Assembly (NCBI GenBank): GCA_051746725.1
Contig: JBNJFI010000001.1
Span: forward strand, 23,359 to 87,358
Direction of reading: 5' to 3'
DNA from: Fusobacteriota bacterium
Lineage (GTDB): Bacteria; Fusobacteriota; Fusobacteriia; Fusobacteriales; JBNJFI01
DNA length: 64,000 nucleotides
Shown here: one piece after another, positions 1-10,118 of the stretch
How the letters are laid out: each line of letters starts with the position of its first letter
Position numbering within the stretch: the first letter of the stretch is position 1
Notes under the pieces: model-generated
Told to the model about the DNA's origin: nothing
Databases searched by the model: none
The model's input: only the letters and a program-made list of their open reading frames with translations
Position numbers and translations under genes: made by a program

Positions 1-974
1 ATCTTGCTTTTTAAAGTAGATACATCTTGTTTTAACCTCTTATTTTCAGAATCTAAGTTATCTAAATATAATAGATTATCAGCAATCTTACTTAATTCTA
101 ACCCCATTGTTTGCAAGAGTTTTTCAAACATATTCGTATTTATATGATCTTGAGCTAAGCTATCTAATAAGAGTAATCCATGCTTTTTTTCACCAGTTTG
201 TAATTTAATAATAGTTTCATATCCAACCTTTTTATTAATCTCACTATTATAATAAAGAGACTTTTCAGAGTTCATCATATCTTGAATCAATTTAAAATCT
301 ACTTCCTTTTTATTAGAAGTGTTTTTCAATATTTTATAATCATTTCCATCATATTTTACAACTATAATGTTTTTTAATTCAAAATATGTTTCAAAATAAT
401 AAAGAAGGTCTTCAAAAAAGATCTTGTATGAAATATTTGAGTCATATATAGACTCAATTATATTTATAAAGTTATCCAATATATATTCCTTAATAGCAAG
501 GGCATCATTCATTTTTTCTAATTCTTGAATTGTACTTTTTAATTGATATTCCCGAACTTTACTCTGGGTTTGCCTGTCTCTTTTGTTTGATCTAAGTTTC
601 TTTTCATCTTTTTTGATTCTTTCTAACATAAGATCTACATTTTCCATTGTTTTATATTCTAGCTCAAAACCAAATAACATATCAGAAAAATGTGAAATTT
701 TATCTTGTTTTATGTCCATATTTTGGTTCTTTTCTTTATTAAAAGAATTTAAAGACTTTAATTTATTTAAAATTCGTAAATATTTTTTTCTAAACCTAAT
801 ACCAATCCAAAAATATATACTGAAAACTATAATTATTTCTAACCCCAATATATATATATAATTTTTTACTGAAATCAAAATATCTGACATCTGATACATT
901 ATTTGAACTGGAATCACTAACATAATTAAACCCAGAAAGATATTAATTGTTATCTTTAAGACTTTTTCTATCAT
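1..974 (-). CDS. Partial membrane-anchored protein (runs off the window edge), probable signal-transduction protein with two N-terminal TM helices, coiled coil and a possible GAF-like region
   Basis: Not in the ORF track. Manual translation from ATG at 974 gives MIEKVLKITINIFLGLIMLVIPVQIM...YIYILGLEIIIVFSIYFWIGIRFRKK..., open where checked. Starts 2 bp after the upstream gene's stop codon. Confidence 0.7.
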   Translation of the reverse strand, partial: MIEKVLKITINIFLGLIMLVIPVQIMYQMSDILISVKNYIYILGLEIIIVFSIYFWIGIRFRKKYLRILNKLKSLNSFNKEKNQNMDIKQDKISHFSDMLFGFELEYKTMENVDLMLERIKKDEKKLRSNKRDRQTQSKVREYQLKSTIQELEKMNDALAIKEYILDNFINIIESIYDSNISYKIFFEDLLYYFETYFELKNIIVVKYDGNDYKILKNTSNKKEVDFKLIQDMMNSEKSLYYNSEINKKVGYETIIKLQTGEKKHGLLLLDSLAQDHINTNMFEKLLQTMGLELSKIADNLLYLDNLDSENKRLKQDVSTLKSK

Positions 975-976
975 TT

Positions 977-1885
977 TTACTTCCTTTTTTCTATCTCATT
1001 TAGTATTTTCCTTATTTTATCTGCCTTTTCTTTCTTTCCTTGTTTTTCATAAATTTCTAATTCTAATTTTAAAACTTCGTAATTCATCCTATCATCTTGA
1101 GAAATTAAGCTAAAATATTGATTCGCTTTATCTAATTCTCCTTTTTCTAAAAATGCTCTACTTAATTCATATAGTATTCTATAGGAAAAAGAGCTATCTA
1201 CGCCAAATTCTTTTAATATAGATATAGCTTTATCATAGTTGCCCATCATTTTTAAATAATTAGAAAATAATACAACTATATTCAGATCTTTCTTACCTTT
1301 TTTGTATTGATCAAGTAAAAAATCATAACTATCTCTATATCTCTCTAAGTTTCCTAATACCTTGAGATAAGTTTCTAAAACTGTTATTTCGTATCTATCT
1401 CGATTATATTTAAATAATTTTTGAAATTCATTATAACTTTTTTGATAATTTCCCAATCTATAATTTACATAAGCTCTAGCCTTAACTATATCATAATTTT
1501 CATCTTCAACTAAAATTTGATTTAAGTATTTTATAGATTTATCATAATCTTCTTTTTCATTATATAATATCCCTAAATTATAAAGAGCATCCACATTAGT
1601 TTTGTCTAATTCCAAAACCTCTTTAAGATATCTTTCTCCTTTATCTAACTTATCTAATTTTAAATAAGCTAACCCCAAATTCTTTAATCCCTGTATATTT
1701 TCTGGATTAATTTCATACACTTTTTTGAATTCAGTTAAAGCTTCCCTGATTCTTCCTTGTTCTGTATAATTAATTCCTTTAATTAAAATATATGTCTCTT
1801 CTTTCCTCTGGTTTTCTCTATTAGGCATGTTAGTACATGATATACTAAAAATTGCAATTGTGATTAAAAAAATTATTCGTTTCAT
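977..1885 (-). CDS. Tetratricopeptide-repeat lipoprotein
   Basis: Signal peptide with lipobox-like FSISC. Repeated TPR motifs (GLKNLGLAYLKL...; ALYNLGILYNEKEDYDKSIKYL). Confidence 0.85.
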   Translation of the reverse strand: MKRIIFLITIAIFSISCTNMPNRENQRKEETYILIKGINYTEQGRIREALTEFKKVYEINPENIQGLKNLGLAYLKLDKLDKGERYLKEVLELDKTNVDALYNLGILYNEKEDYDKSIKYLNQILVEDENYDIVKARAYVNYRLGNYQKSYNEFQKLFKYNRDRYEITVLETYLKVLGNLERYRDSYDFLLDQYKKGKKDLNIVVLFSNYLKMMGNYDKAISILKEFGVDSSFSYRILYELSRAFLEKGELDKANQYFSLISQDDRMNYEVLKLELEIYEKQGKKEKADKIRKILNEIEKRK

Positions 1886-2547
1886 ATATCCTCCCCTTTT
1901 TTTATCTCATCTGGCATTACAGCCCCTCCAGATATAATTATCTTTATTGCATCCTCTACCTTAATGTCTAACTCTGTTACATCTTTTTTAGGAACTATTA
2001 AAAACATTCCAGAAGTTGGATTTGGAGAGGTTGGCATAAATACATTTATTAACTCTTTATTAATTTTGTTTTCAAAATATTTATTTTCTTCCTTAGTCAA
2101 AAAAGCTAAACTATATAGACCTTTTCTAGGATATTCTATTAGAACTACCTTTTTATATGACGAAGATTGTTTAGAAAACATTAAATTACTGATCTGCTTG
2201 ATAGTCCTATATATATTCTTAACTAAAGGTAATTTTAAGAAAAAACCTTCAAAATATTTTGCTTTTTCTTTACTTATAACATTAACCAATAAAAATCCTA
2301 AAACTAAAATTAATATATATATGACTATTATTGATACTAGATATATAATACTAAAAACTAGTTTTTGAACACCAATTATATCTTGATCAACAAATTTGAG
2401 AATAAATCCATATATATATGCTATTGGTAATAAACTTCTAATTATATAATTGGTCCACTCAAATATTTTAGCTAAAACAAAAACAGTTACAAATAGTGGC
2501 AATATTGCCACTATTCCTGTTATAAAATAAGTTTTTATGTGTTTCAT
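1882..2547 (-). CDS. DUF502 family membrane protein
   Basis: FITGIVAILPL N-terminus, KLPLVKNIY, VLIEYPRKG and FMPTSPNPTSG motifs typical of DUF502. Confidence 0.9.
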   Translation of the reverse strand: MKHIKTYFITGIVAILPLFVTVFVLAKIFEWTNYIIRSLLPIAYIYGFILKFVDQDIIGVQKLVFSIIYLVSIIVIYILILVLGFLLVNVISKEKAKYFEGFFLKLPLVKNIYRTIKQISNLMFSKQSSSYKKVVLIEYPRKGLYSLAFLTKEENKYFENKINKELINVFMPTSPNPTSGMFLIVPKKDVTELDIKVEDAIKIIISGGAVMPDEIKKGEDI

Positions 2548-2571
2548 CTTATCAAACCCCTAAAATTTTAC

Positions 2572-3825
2572 TTAATTTTTTTCTAAAACAACTTCAATAA
2601 TTCTATATTTAGCCACCTTTTGAATTGTTATAGAAAAACCTTCCCAGTTAACTACATCTCCTTTTTCTGGAACTCTACCCAATCGGTAATATATAAATCC
2701 ACCTAAAGTATCATATTCTTCTAACTCAGGAATATTTATTTCCAATTCTTCATTTATTTCTTGTATTCCTAAAAACGGATTAATTTTGTATTTATTATCA
2801 GTTACCTGGATAATATCTTGTTCATTATTATCGTATTCATCTTCAATTTCTCCCACTATTTCTTCTATCAAATCTTCAATAGTCACCATTCCAACAGTGC
2901 CACCATATTCGTCTAAAGCAATCGCTATATGAACTTTTTTTTCTTTAAATTGTTGTAATAATTCAATTAAAAATTTTGATTCCGGAACAAAATATGGTTC
3001 TCTAACTAATTTTTGTACCTCTGTATCTAATTCATCACGTTTTACTACCTCAAGAAGATCTTTTAAATATAATATCCCTATAATATTATCCATTCTCTCC
3101 TTATACACTGGAATACGGGAATACCCCTTTTCAATAATATCCTCCCAAACTTCTAAGATGTTTTTAGAAGCCTCGATTGCATACATTCCAATTCGAGGAA
3201 CCATAACATCCTTTACAATACTATCTCCAAAGTCGAAAATTCCATGAATCATTTCCTTTTCTTTTTTTTCAAGTATTCCTTCTTCTTCACCAACTAATAC
3301 CATTGATTTTATGTCTTTTTCAGTTATCAGTAAATTTTCTTCAGTCATTTTTATTCCAAAAATTCTAGTTATAATTCTAGAAGTAAAAGTTAATAAAAAT
3401 ATAATTGGATAAGTAATAATACTTAAATAGTATATTGGTAATATTACTACTTGAGATATCTTTTTTGAAAACTTTTTTGCTAATATCTTAGGTGTTATCT
3501 CTCCAAAGATTAAAACAACAACTGTCATAACAATTGTAGAAATCAAAACTGGTCTACTACTATCTGGTGTCCGACCTCCTATTAAATCAATGGCAACAAC
3601 TGTTGCTATTGATGAGGCTAAAATATTTACAATATTATTTCCTAATAAAATTGCAGTAAGTATTTCATTTGGTTTTTGCAGCCATAATCTCAATAATTTT
3701 GCTACCTTCGTTTTTCCTTCTTCTATTTCTCTTAAATCCATTTGTTTAAAGGCAGTCAGGGCAGTTTCTGAAGCAGAAAAAATCCCTGATAAAATTATTA
3801 ATATTATTAAAATTGTCACTTCCAA
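2572..3825 (-). CDS. Hemolysin/CNNM family protein (DUF21-CBS-CBS-CorC/HlyC), probable Mg2+/Co2+ transport
   Basis: FSASETAL, GEITPK, VMVPR, YSRIPVY, DEYGGTVGMVTIEDLIEEIVGEIEDEYD, YDTLGG. TTG start with a GAGGAG RBS. Confidence 0.92.
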   Translation of the reverse strand: MEVTILIILIILSGIFSASETALTAFKQMDLREIEEGKTKVAKLLRLWLQKPNEILTAILLGNNIVNILASSIATVVAIDLIGGRTPDSSRPVLISTIVMTVVVLIFGEITPKILAKKFSKKISQVVILPIYYLSIITYPIIFLLTFTSRIITRIFGIKMTEENLLITEKDIKSMVLVGEEEGILEKKEKEMIHGIFDFGDSIVKDVMVPRIGMYAIEASKNILEVWEDIIEKGYSRIPVYKERMDNIIGILYLKDLLEVVKRDELDTEVQKLVREPYFVPESKFLIELLQQFKEKKVHIAIALDEYGGTVGMVTIEDLIEEIVGEIEDEYDNNEQDIIQVTDNKYKINPFLGIQEINEELEINIPELEEYDTLGGFIYYRLGRVPEKGDVVNWEGFSITIQKVAKYRIIEVVLEKN

Positions 3826-3884
3826 TTATTTCTCCTCTCTTCCACTCATTATCACTGAATTCACTTTTATAATCTAAGTAGATT

Positions 3885-4328
3885 CTAAAAACTTTTATTT
3901 ATTAGATCTGATTTCGTTACAATTCCAATCAATTTTTTATTGTCAATTACTAGAGCATATTCATATTCTTCTTCTATTATTTTGGTTACTAAGTCTTCAA
4001 CTGTCTCATCTTTTTTGATTTGAAAAAAATCTTCATGCATAATTTCTTTAGCTGTAAACCCAGATATTTTTTTTATTTTATTTTTAAATTCTTTATTATT
4101 GGGCATTGTTATAAGAAGATCCCAAAATGCTATAACTGGAGGAAGTGGAGCTTTTTCTTCTTTTATTAAAATGTCATCTCTAGTTATCACACCTACCACT
4201 TTTTCATCTTTCATTACAGGTATCTTCCCAAAACCTTTATCTTGCATTATTTTTAATATCTCATCAAAACTAGTATCTTCTTTAACAGTTGTAACCTCTT
4301 TATTCATAACGTCTTCAACTTTTTTCAT
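3885..4328 (-). CDS. CBS-pair domain protein
   Basis: Two CBS repeats (VEDVMNKEV...VGVITRDD; AKEIM...IGIVTKSDL). Confidence 0.9.
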   Translation of the reverse strand: MKKVEDVMNKEVTTVKEDTSFDEILKIMQDKGFGKIPVMKDEKVVGVITRDDILIKEEKAPLPPVIAFWDLLITMPNNKEFKNKIKKISGFTAKEIMHEDFFQIKKDETVEDLVTKIIEEEYEYALVIDNKKLIGIVTKSDLINKSF

Positions 4329-4386
4329 AATCTCCTCCTATTTTATCATAATAAAATTTAAAACACAATTATTTTTTAAGATTATA

Positions 4387-4851
4387 TCACTTAAGAACTG
4401 GAATAGAGTATATCCATTTTTTTATAGCCAATTCATAATCTATTAGTTCCTCTTCATTAAAAAATAAATTTATTTCTCTCTTCGCACTTTCAAGGGAATC
4501 TGATGCATGGATTATATTATGGCCAACATCTAAAACATAATCTCCTCTTATTGTCCCTATTTTAGCATCACCAGGCGTTGTATCTCCAACAATTTTTCTT
4601 ATTATATTTATAATGTCTTCACCTTCCATTACCATGGCTATTACAGGACCTGAAGTAATAAATGCTATTAACTCGTCAAAAAAGTCCTTCCCTATATGTT
4701 CTGCATAGTGTTTTTTAGCCAACTTTTCAGTAATTTTCATCATCTTCATTCCAATGATCTTTACACCTTTTTTTTCAAACTTACTTATAATCTCTCCAGC
4801 TAATTCTCTTTGAACTCCATCAGGTTTAATCATTACAAAACTATTTTCCAT
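4387..4851 (-). CDS. ndk: Nucleoside diphosphate kinase
   Basis: [36 protein letters not shown] catalytic motif. Confidence 0.97.
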   Translation of the reverse strand: MENSFVMIKPDGVQRELAGEIISKFEKKGVKIIGMKMMKITEKLAKKHYAEHIGKDFFDELIAFITSGPVIAMVMEGEDIINIIRKIVGDTTPGDAKIGTIRGDYVLDVGHNIIHASDSLESAKREINLFFNEEELIDYELAIKKWIYSIPVLK

Positions 4852-4964
4852 TTTAGCCTCCTTGTTTTACGAAAATAATATCTCTTCTTGAAAAGATATA
4901 CAAAAAAAATCGTGATTTCCTTTTTTATATTATAATTACTTCAAATCTTTTCTGCATCTTTGAG

Positions 4965-5003
4965 AAAGGACAAAAAGAGAGGTAGCCTCTCTTTTTGTCC
5001 TTT
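4965..5003. terminator. Perfect 18-bp inverted repeat, probable intrinsic terminator downstream of the secB-like gene
   Basis: AAAGGACAAAAAGAGAGG-TAG-CCTCTCTTTTTGTCCTTT. Confidence 0.75.
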
Positions 5004-5029
5004 TGATATATTCAATTATAGCAATTTCT

Positions 5030-5419
5030 CTAAAACTTTTTCTTTTGTTTTGCTTTTTCTTTATTTTTTAACTGGCTTATCGGTGGCAATTTAACTTTTG
5101 GTAATCCGGCTTCTGAAAAAACACTTTCTATTTTCTTTTTAATATATCCAAACATTATTTTAGGAACCATATCTTTTTTGAAAGTTTCCTTTTCTACAGG
5201 GATTTCCTCAATATCAAAAATACCTACCATTTTAATACCTAATCTAAAAGCCTCTTCATCTCCTTGCATAGCTCTTAAATTTACAATAAATTCCGAAAAA
5301 AGATCCTTTCCACTTTCATTATTCTTTGAATCATATTTTATATTTATATTTAAATCTTTTTTGATCTTTTTTACTCTCTTAAAATTTTGCTCTACCAATA
5401 AAAGTTCTTTTATTTCCAT
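5030..5419 (-). CDS. SecB-like chaperone
   Basis: 129 aa with beta-rich N-half (FRLGIKMVGIF) and C-terminal P..MFGYIKK.I...FSEAGLPKVKLPPI, resembling the SecB signature (P.ILFPY.R..I......G.P.L.LPP). Confidence 0.65.
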   Translation of the reverse strand: MEIKELLLVEQNFKRVKKIKKDLNINIKYDSKNNESGKDLFSEFIVNLRAMQGDEEAFRLGIKMVGIFDIEEIPVEKETFKKDMVPKIMFGYIKKKIESVFSEAGLPKVKLPPISQLKNKEKAKQKKKF

Positions 5420-5428
5420 TTTTTCCCC

Positions 5429-6310
5429 CTATAATTCTTTTGTTATTTCTTTTAAATATTCAGATAATTCATCCTTAACTTCCGAATGTCTTAATCCAAA
5501 TTCAATATTTGCCTTTAAGTATCCAAATTTATCACCTATATCATATCTATCACCTATAAAATCATAGGCTAATACTTTATCTCCAAATTTTATCATGTCT
5601 AAAATAGCATCTGTTAACTGTATTTCATTTCCTTTTCCAGGTTTTGTCTTTTCTAGATATTCAAAAATCTGTGGCTCTAAAATATATCTTCCTAAACAAG
5701 CATAGTTAGATGGAGCATCTTCAACTTTTGGCTTTTCAATAAAATCTTTCACTTTAACAGTTCTTTCATCAAATCTTATCCCTGGCTTAATAATTCCATA
5801 TGCTGACACTTGATCCTTAGGAACAGTTTGAACTCCAATCATACTGCCCCCCTTATATTCTTTCCTTTTATCCAGCATTTGTTTTACAACAGGTTTTTCG
5901 CTGTGTACTATGTCATCACCTAGAACAACAACAAATGGCTCATTTCCTATATGCTTTTTTGCTCTCAAAATTGCATGTCCTAAACCTAGAGGTTCTTTTT
6001 GTCTTATATAATAAATGTTTGCATATTCAGATATATCTCTTACCATTTTTAATTTATCTAATTTTCCTTTTTTTTCCAGTTGATATTCCAACTCAACTGA
6101 ATAATCAAAATGATCTTCTAAAGCTCTTTTATTTCTTCCAGTTACTATTGTTATATCTTTTATTCCTGACTCAACTAGTTCTTCTACAATATGTTGAATT
6201 GTAGGTTTATCAACAATTGGTAACATCTCTTTGGGTTGAGATTTGGTTGCTGGTAAAAATCTAGTCCCTAACCCTGCAGCTGGTATTACTGCCTTTCGTA
6301 TTTCTTTCAT
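5429..6310 (-). CDS. galU: UTP--glucose-1-phosphate uridylyltransferase
   Basis: KAVIPAAGLGTRFLPATKSQPKEMLPIVDKP, GLGHA, EKP, GNEIQLTDA. Start moved to ATG 6310 behind an AAAGGAG RBS. Confidence 0.96.
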   Translation of the reverse strand: MKEIRKAVIPAAGLGTRFLPATKSQPKEMLPIVDKPTIQHIVEELVESGIKDITIVTGRNKRALEDHFDYSVELEYQLEKKGKLDKLKMVRDISEYANIYYIRQKEPLGLGHAILRAKKHIGNEPFVVVLGDDIVHSEKPVVKQMLDKRKEYKGGSMIGVQTVPKDQVSAYGIIKPGIRFDERTVKVKDFIEKPKVEDAPSNYACLGRYILEPQIFEYLEKTKPGKGNEIQLTDAILDMIKFGDKVLAYDFIGDRYDIGDKFGYLKANIEFGLRHSEVKDELSEYLKEITKEL

Positions 6311-6341
6311 TAACAATCTCCTTTCCATTAATTCTTTAAAG

Positions 6342-8297
6342 CTATTCTACTATTGTTCCCGAAGGAACTTTTCCATCTATTTCTATTAATTTTATTTTAT
6401 TATCTTCAACTGTTGTAAGTAACATTCCTTGAGATAAAACTCCCATTAATTTTGCTGGTTTTAAGTTTGAAACAAATAAAACTTTTTTGTCTATAAGTTC
6501 CTTAGGTTTATAATGTTTTGCTAGCCCAGAAACTACACTCCTTTGTTCATCTCCAACTTCTACTTTAAACTTTAATAATTTATCAGCTTTTTTAATCTTT
6601 TCTGCTTCTATTATTTTAGCAACTTTCATTTCAACTTTTTTAAATTCATTAAAATCAATTTCTTTTTTATTTTGTTTCTTTTTATCTGTTTTTTTATTTT
6701 TACTTTCTTTTTTGGAAACCTTACTCTTTTTTTCTTCTTCTAGTATTTCCTCTTTTGCATCTTCATCAATTCTTGGAAAAATTGGATTAGCTGTTTTAAC
6801 AGTTGTATTATATTTAATATTTCCCCATTCTGATATATCATTGATTGTAGCATTATTTATATCTTCTTTTACCCCTAACTGTTGCCAAATCTTTGCAGCT
6901 GATTCAGGCATATATGGATAAACCAAAACTGCTATTTTATATAAGGCTTCTAAAAGATTATATAAAACAACTGCTAATCTATCTTTTTTGTCATCATCTT
7001 TCGCTAAAATCCAAGGAGTAGTTTCATCAATATATTTATTCATTCTAGATACAAATTTCCATGTAGCTTGTAACGCCTTAGAAAACTGCATATGATCCAT
7101 TTCTTTATCAATTTTATCTAGAGTTTCAAAAAAGAGTTCTTTTATTTGAATATCATATTTATCTTCTCCTTTTCCTTCTACAACAACTCCATTAAAATAT
7201 TTTTGAACCATTCCTAAAGTTCTGTTTAATAAATTTCCTAAATCATTTGCTAAATCAGAATTAATAGTTCTAATCATAGCTTCTTGAGAGTAATCCCCAT
7301 CTTTTCCAAAATGAACCTCTTTCATTAGAAAATATCTGAATGCATCTCGACCATATTTTTCTATCTCTTTTTTGGGATCAACTACATTCCCTTTTGATTT
7401 TGACATTTTTTCACCTTCAGATGTCCACCAACCATGTGCAAATATTGTGTCTGGAAGTTTCTCGCCAGCAGCCATTAATATTGTAGGCCAAATAATTGCA
7501 TGAAATCTTAATATATCTTTACCTACTACATGTACTACTTCACCTTCATTCCAATATTTATCAAATTTTTCTGGATCATCATTATATCCCACAGAGGTAA
7601 GATAATTAGTCAAAGCATCAAACCAAACATATATAACATGATCTTCATCTATTGCTAAAGGAATTCCCCAATCAAAAGTATTTCTAGAAACTGAAAGATC
7701 AGTTAATCCCTGTTCAATAAAAGAAATAACTTCATTTTTTCTATATTCTGGTTGTATAAAATCTGGATTTTCCTCTATATGTTTTAATAGCTTATCTCCA
7801 TATTCTGACATCTTGAAAAAATAAGACTCTTCTTTTACTGTTCTCAATTCTTTTCCACAATCTGGGCATTTATTATCTTCAGCTTGATTTTTAGGTACGA
7901 AATTTTCACAAGAAACACAATATAAACCTTCATAATTTCCTTTATAAATATCTCCATTATCATTTACTTTTTTGAAAATTTTTCTCACAGATTCTTTATG
8001 TCGAGATTCTGTTGTTCTTATAAAATCATCATAATCAATATTTAATTCTTTCCACATATTTTTAAATTCAGGAGCTACACTGTCAACTAGTTCCTTAGGT
8101 GTGATTCCCTTTTTTTTAGCAGCTTCTTCTATTTTTTGTCCATGTTCATCTGTACCTGTCAAAAAATATGTATCATACCCTTTTGTCTTTTTATATCTAG
8201 ATAACACATCGCATGCTACTGTTGTATAAGCTGATCCAACATGAGGGTTTCCATTTACATAATAAATCGGTGTTGTTACATAAAAATTTTTAGCCAT
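6342..8297 (-). CDS. metG: Methionine--tRNA ligase with C-terminal tRNA-binding domain
   Basis: TTPIYYVNGNPHVGSAY (HIGH-like), GTDEHG, Zn knuckle CxxC..CxxC, YVWFDAL, KMSKS, C-terminal OB fold. Confidence 0.97.
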   Translation of the reverse strand: MAKNFYVTTPIYYVNGNPHVGSAYTTVACDVLSRYKKTKGYDTYFLTGTDEHGQKIEEAAKKKGITPKELVDSVAPEFKNMWKELNIDYDDFIRTTESRHKESVRKIFKKVNDNGDIYKGNYEGLYCVSCENFVPKNQAEDNKCPDCGKELRTVKEESYFFKMSEYGDKLLKHIEENPDFIQPEYRKNEVISFIEQGLTDLSVSRNTFDWGIPLAIDEDHVIYVWFDALTNYLTSVGYNDDPEKFDKYWNEGEVVHVVGKDILRFHAIIWPTILMAAGEKLPDTIFAHGWWTSEGEKMSKSKGNVVDPKKEIEKYGRDAFRYFLMKEVHFGKDGDYSQEAMIRTINSDLANDLGNLLNRTLGMVQKYFNGVVVEGKGEDKYDIQIKELFFETLDKIDKEMDHMQFSKALQATWKFVSRMNKYIDETTPWILAKDDDKKDRLAVVLYNLLEALYKIAVLVYPYMPESAAKIWQQLGVKEDINNATINDISEWGNIKYNTTVKTANPIFPRIDEDAKEEILEEEKKSKVSKKESKNKKTDKKKQNKKEIDFNEFKKVEMKVAKIIEAEKIKKADKLLKFKVEVGDEQRSVVSGLAKHYKPKELIDKKVLFVSNLKPAKLMGVLSQGMLLTTVEDNKIKLIEIDGKVPSGTIVE

Positions 8298-8354
8298 CTT
8301 ATCCCATCCTTTTATCTAATTTTATTCATTATATATTATATATTATATATTTTA

Positions 8355-9350
8355 TTAACTATTTTCTATTATTAATTCTGCACAAGAAATAGCCTCTTTT
8401 AGGCTACTATAATCTGCTACACCTTTTCCTGCTATATCAAAAGCTGTTCCATGATCAACAGAAGTTCTAATTATTGGTAATCCAAAAGTAATATTTACGC
8501 CTTTTCCAAAACTTTCCATTTTCATAGGTATTAATCCCTGATCATGATACATAACCACAGCAATATTATACTTATCTTCTAACATCTTTACAAAAAGAGT
8601 GTCTGGAACTATTGGCCCTTCTACTTCAATTCCAATTTTTTGGGCTTCTCTTACTGCTGGTAATATTTCTTCTTTCTCTTCATTACCAAACAATCCATTT
8701 TCACCATTATGAGGGTTTAATCCCGCAACTGCTATTTTAGTTTTTATCCCAAGTTTTTCCTTCGCTTCTTGAGCTAGTTTTATCTTTTCTAATATACTCT
8801 CTTTTTTGACTTTTTTAGCAGCATCTATAATAGAAAGATGAGTGGTATTTAAAATTACTGTTATTTTATTTCCTTTCAAAACCATTGCATATTCATTAGT
8901 ATTGGTTTTGTCTGCTAAAAAGGTTGTATGTCCACTATATTTATACCCTGCTAAATTAATAGCATCCTTACTTATTGGAGCTGTAGTCATAGCTTTAAAA
9001 TATCCATTTTGGACTAATTCTAAACCTGTTTTCAAATATTTCATTGTATATTCTCCAGCTAATTTACTAACATTACCAATTTTCAGCTTATTTATATCTA
9101 ATTTTATATCAATTACATATATTTTATCTGTTGAATTAGATATTTTTTTTATATTTTTAATGTTTTTTTTATCTATTTTTATAACTTCTAAATCAAATTT
9201 CAACATATCAACATAATATTTTATAACTGAATAACTCCCTATCACAACTGGTATATGTTTTTTGTGATCTCTAATATAATTAAAATATTTAACTATTATC
9301 TCTGGTCCGATCCCTGCTGGATCTCCCATTGTAATTAAAATTTTATCCAC
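8355..9350 (-). CDS. pdxA: 4-hydroxythreonine-4-phosphate dehydrogenase (PdxA family)
   Basis: ITMGDPAGIGPEI, APISK, GHT, GLNPHNGE, MYHDQG, RTSVDHGTAFDIAG. Confidence 0.92.
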   Translation of the reverse strand: MDKILITMGDPAGIGPEIIVKYFNYIRDHKKHIPVVIGSYSVIKYYVDMLKFDLEVIKIDKKNIKNIKKISNSTDKIYVIDIKLDINKLKIGNVSKLAGEYTMKYLKTGLELVQNGYFKAMTTAPISKDAINLAGYKYSGHTTFLADKTNTNEYAMVLKGNKITVILNTTHLSIIDAAKKVKKESILEKIKLAQEAKEKLGIKTKIAVAGLNPHNGENGLFGNEEKEEILPAVREAQKIGIEVEGPIVPDTLFVKMLEDKYNIAVVMYHDQGLIPMKMESFGKGVNITFGLPIIRTSVDHGTAFDIAGKGVADYSSLKEAISCAELIIENS

Positions 9351-10009
9351 TATTTCTCCTTATTTTTCTCTTTATTTAAAATTGCTTCTGCCTTTTTATT
9401 TAAAGTATCTATCTTTTTTTCTAATAATATTTGGTATTTTTCAATATCTGCATCTTTTGGAACTAAAAATGGTTTGCCTACCATAAAGATTCCTTTACTA
9501 AATGGTTTAGGTATTTGTAATTTATCCCATGATTTTTCTATTACCCATTTTTTGGAAAAAGCTCCTCCTAGAGGAACAATTTTCTTTTGAGTTTTCTTTG
9601 CTACATATATAATTCCAGGTTTCACTTTATGTCTAGGCCCGGTAGGTCCATCAACAGCAAACCCTCCACTTATTTTTCTTTTTTTTATTTCTCGTATTAT
9701 ACGAATTAAGCTCTTAGCTCCTCCTTCATTTGAAGATCCTCTTATTACTTCATATCCATATTTTTTAAGTGGAGTTGCAATGATTTCTCCATCATATGAA
9801 GGGCTTACCATATTTAATGTTTTATGACATTTTTTTATCACATTAATCATCTGAATTATAATTGTATCATGCCAAAATCCTACATTATAAACTTCATCTT
9901 TTTTGAAATCAGGATCTATTTTATATTTCCAACTTATTGTTTTCGAAAGTATTTTACTTATATAAAATATTATTTCTCCATATCTTATGTATTTTTTTCT
10001 TTTATTCAT
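9350..10009 (-). CDS. DUF374 / lysophospholipid acyltransferase family protein
   Basis: FWH, SPSYDGE, IRGSS, AVDGPTGP, KSWDKLQIPKPFS motifs. Confidence 0.88.
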   Translation of the reverse strand: MNKRKKYIRYGEIIFYISKILSKTISWKYKIDPDFKKDEVYNVGFWHDTIIIQMINVIKKCHKTLNMVSPSYDGEIIATPLKKYGYEVIRGSSNEGGAKSLIRIIREIKKRKISGGFAVDGPTGPRHKVKPGIIYVAKKTQKKIVPLGGAFSKKWVIEKSWDKLQIPKPFSKGIFMVGKPFLVPKDADIEKYQILLEKKIDTLNKKAEAILNKEKNKEK

Positions 10010-10035
10010 GATTTTTTCCCCTTATTTTAAGTTTA

Positions 10036-10064
10036 ATTATATCATAAAGGCCTTATTTTATCAA
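10036..10064 (-). promoter_or_regulatory. Putative sigma70 promoter for DUF374-pdxA
   Basis: Minus strand TTGATA-17 bp-TATAAT with an extended TGn. Confidence 0.55.
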
Positions 10065-10118
10065 TTAAAGATTAGATTTTAATATTCAAATGATTAATTT
10101 TACATTTTTTAATATAAT

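Noticed and set aside
849-860. (TA)6 microsatellite as a phase-variation switch in the first ORF
   Set aside because: Short, in frame and expected by chance in such an AT-rich genome.
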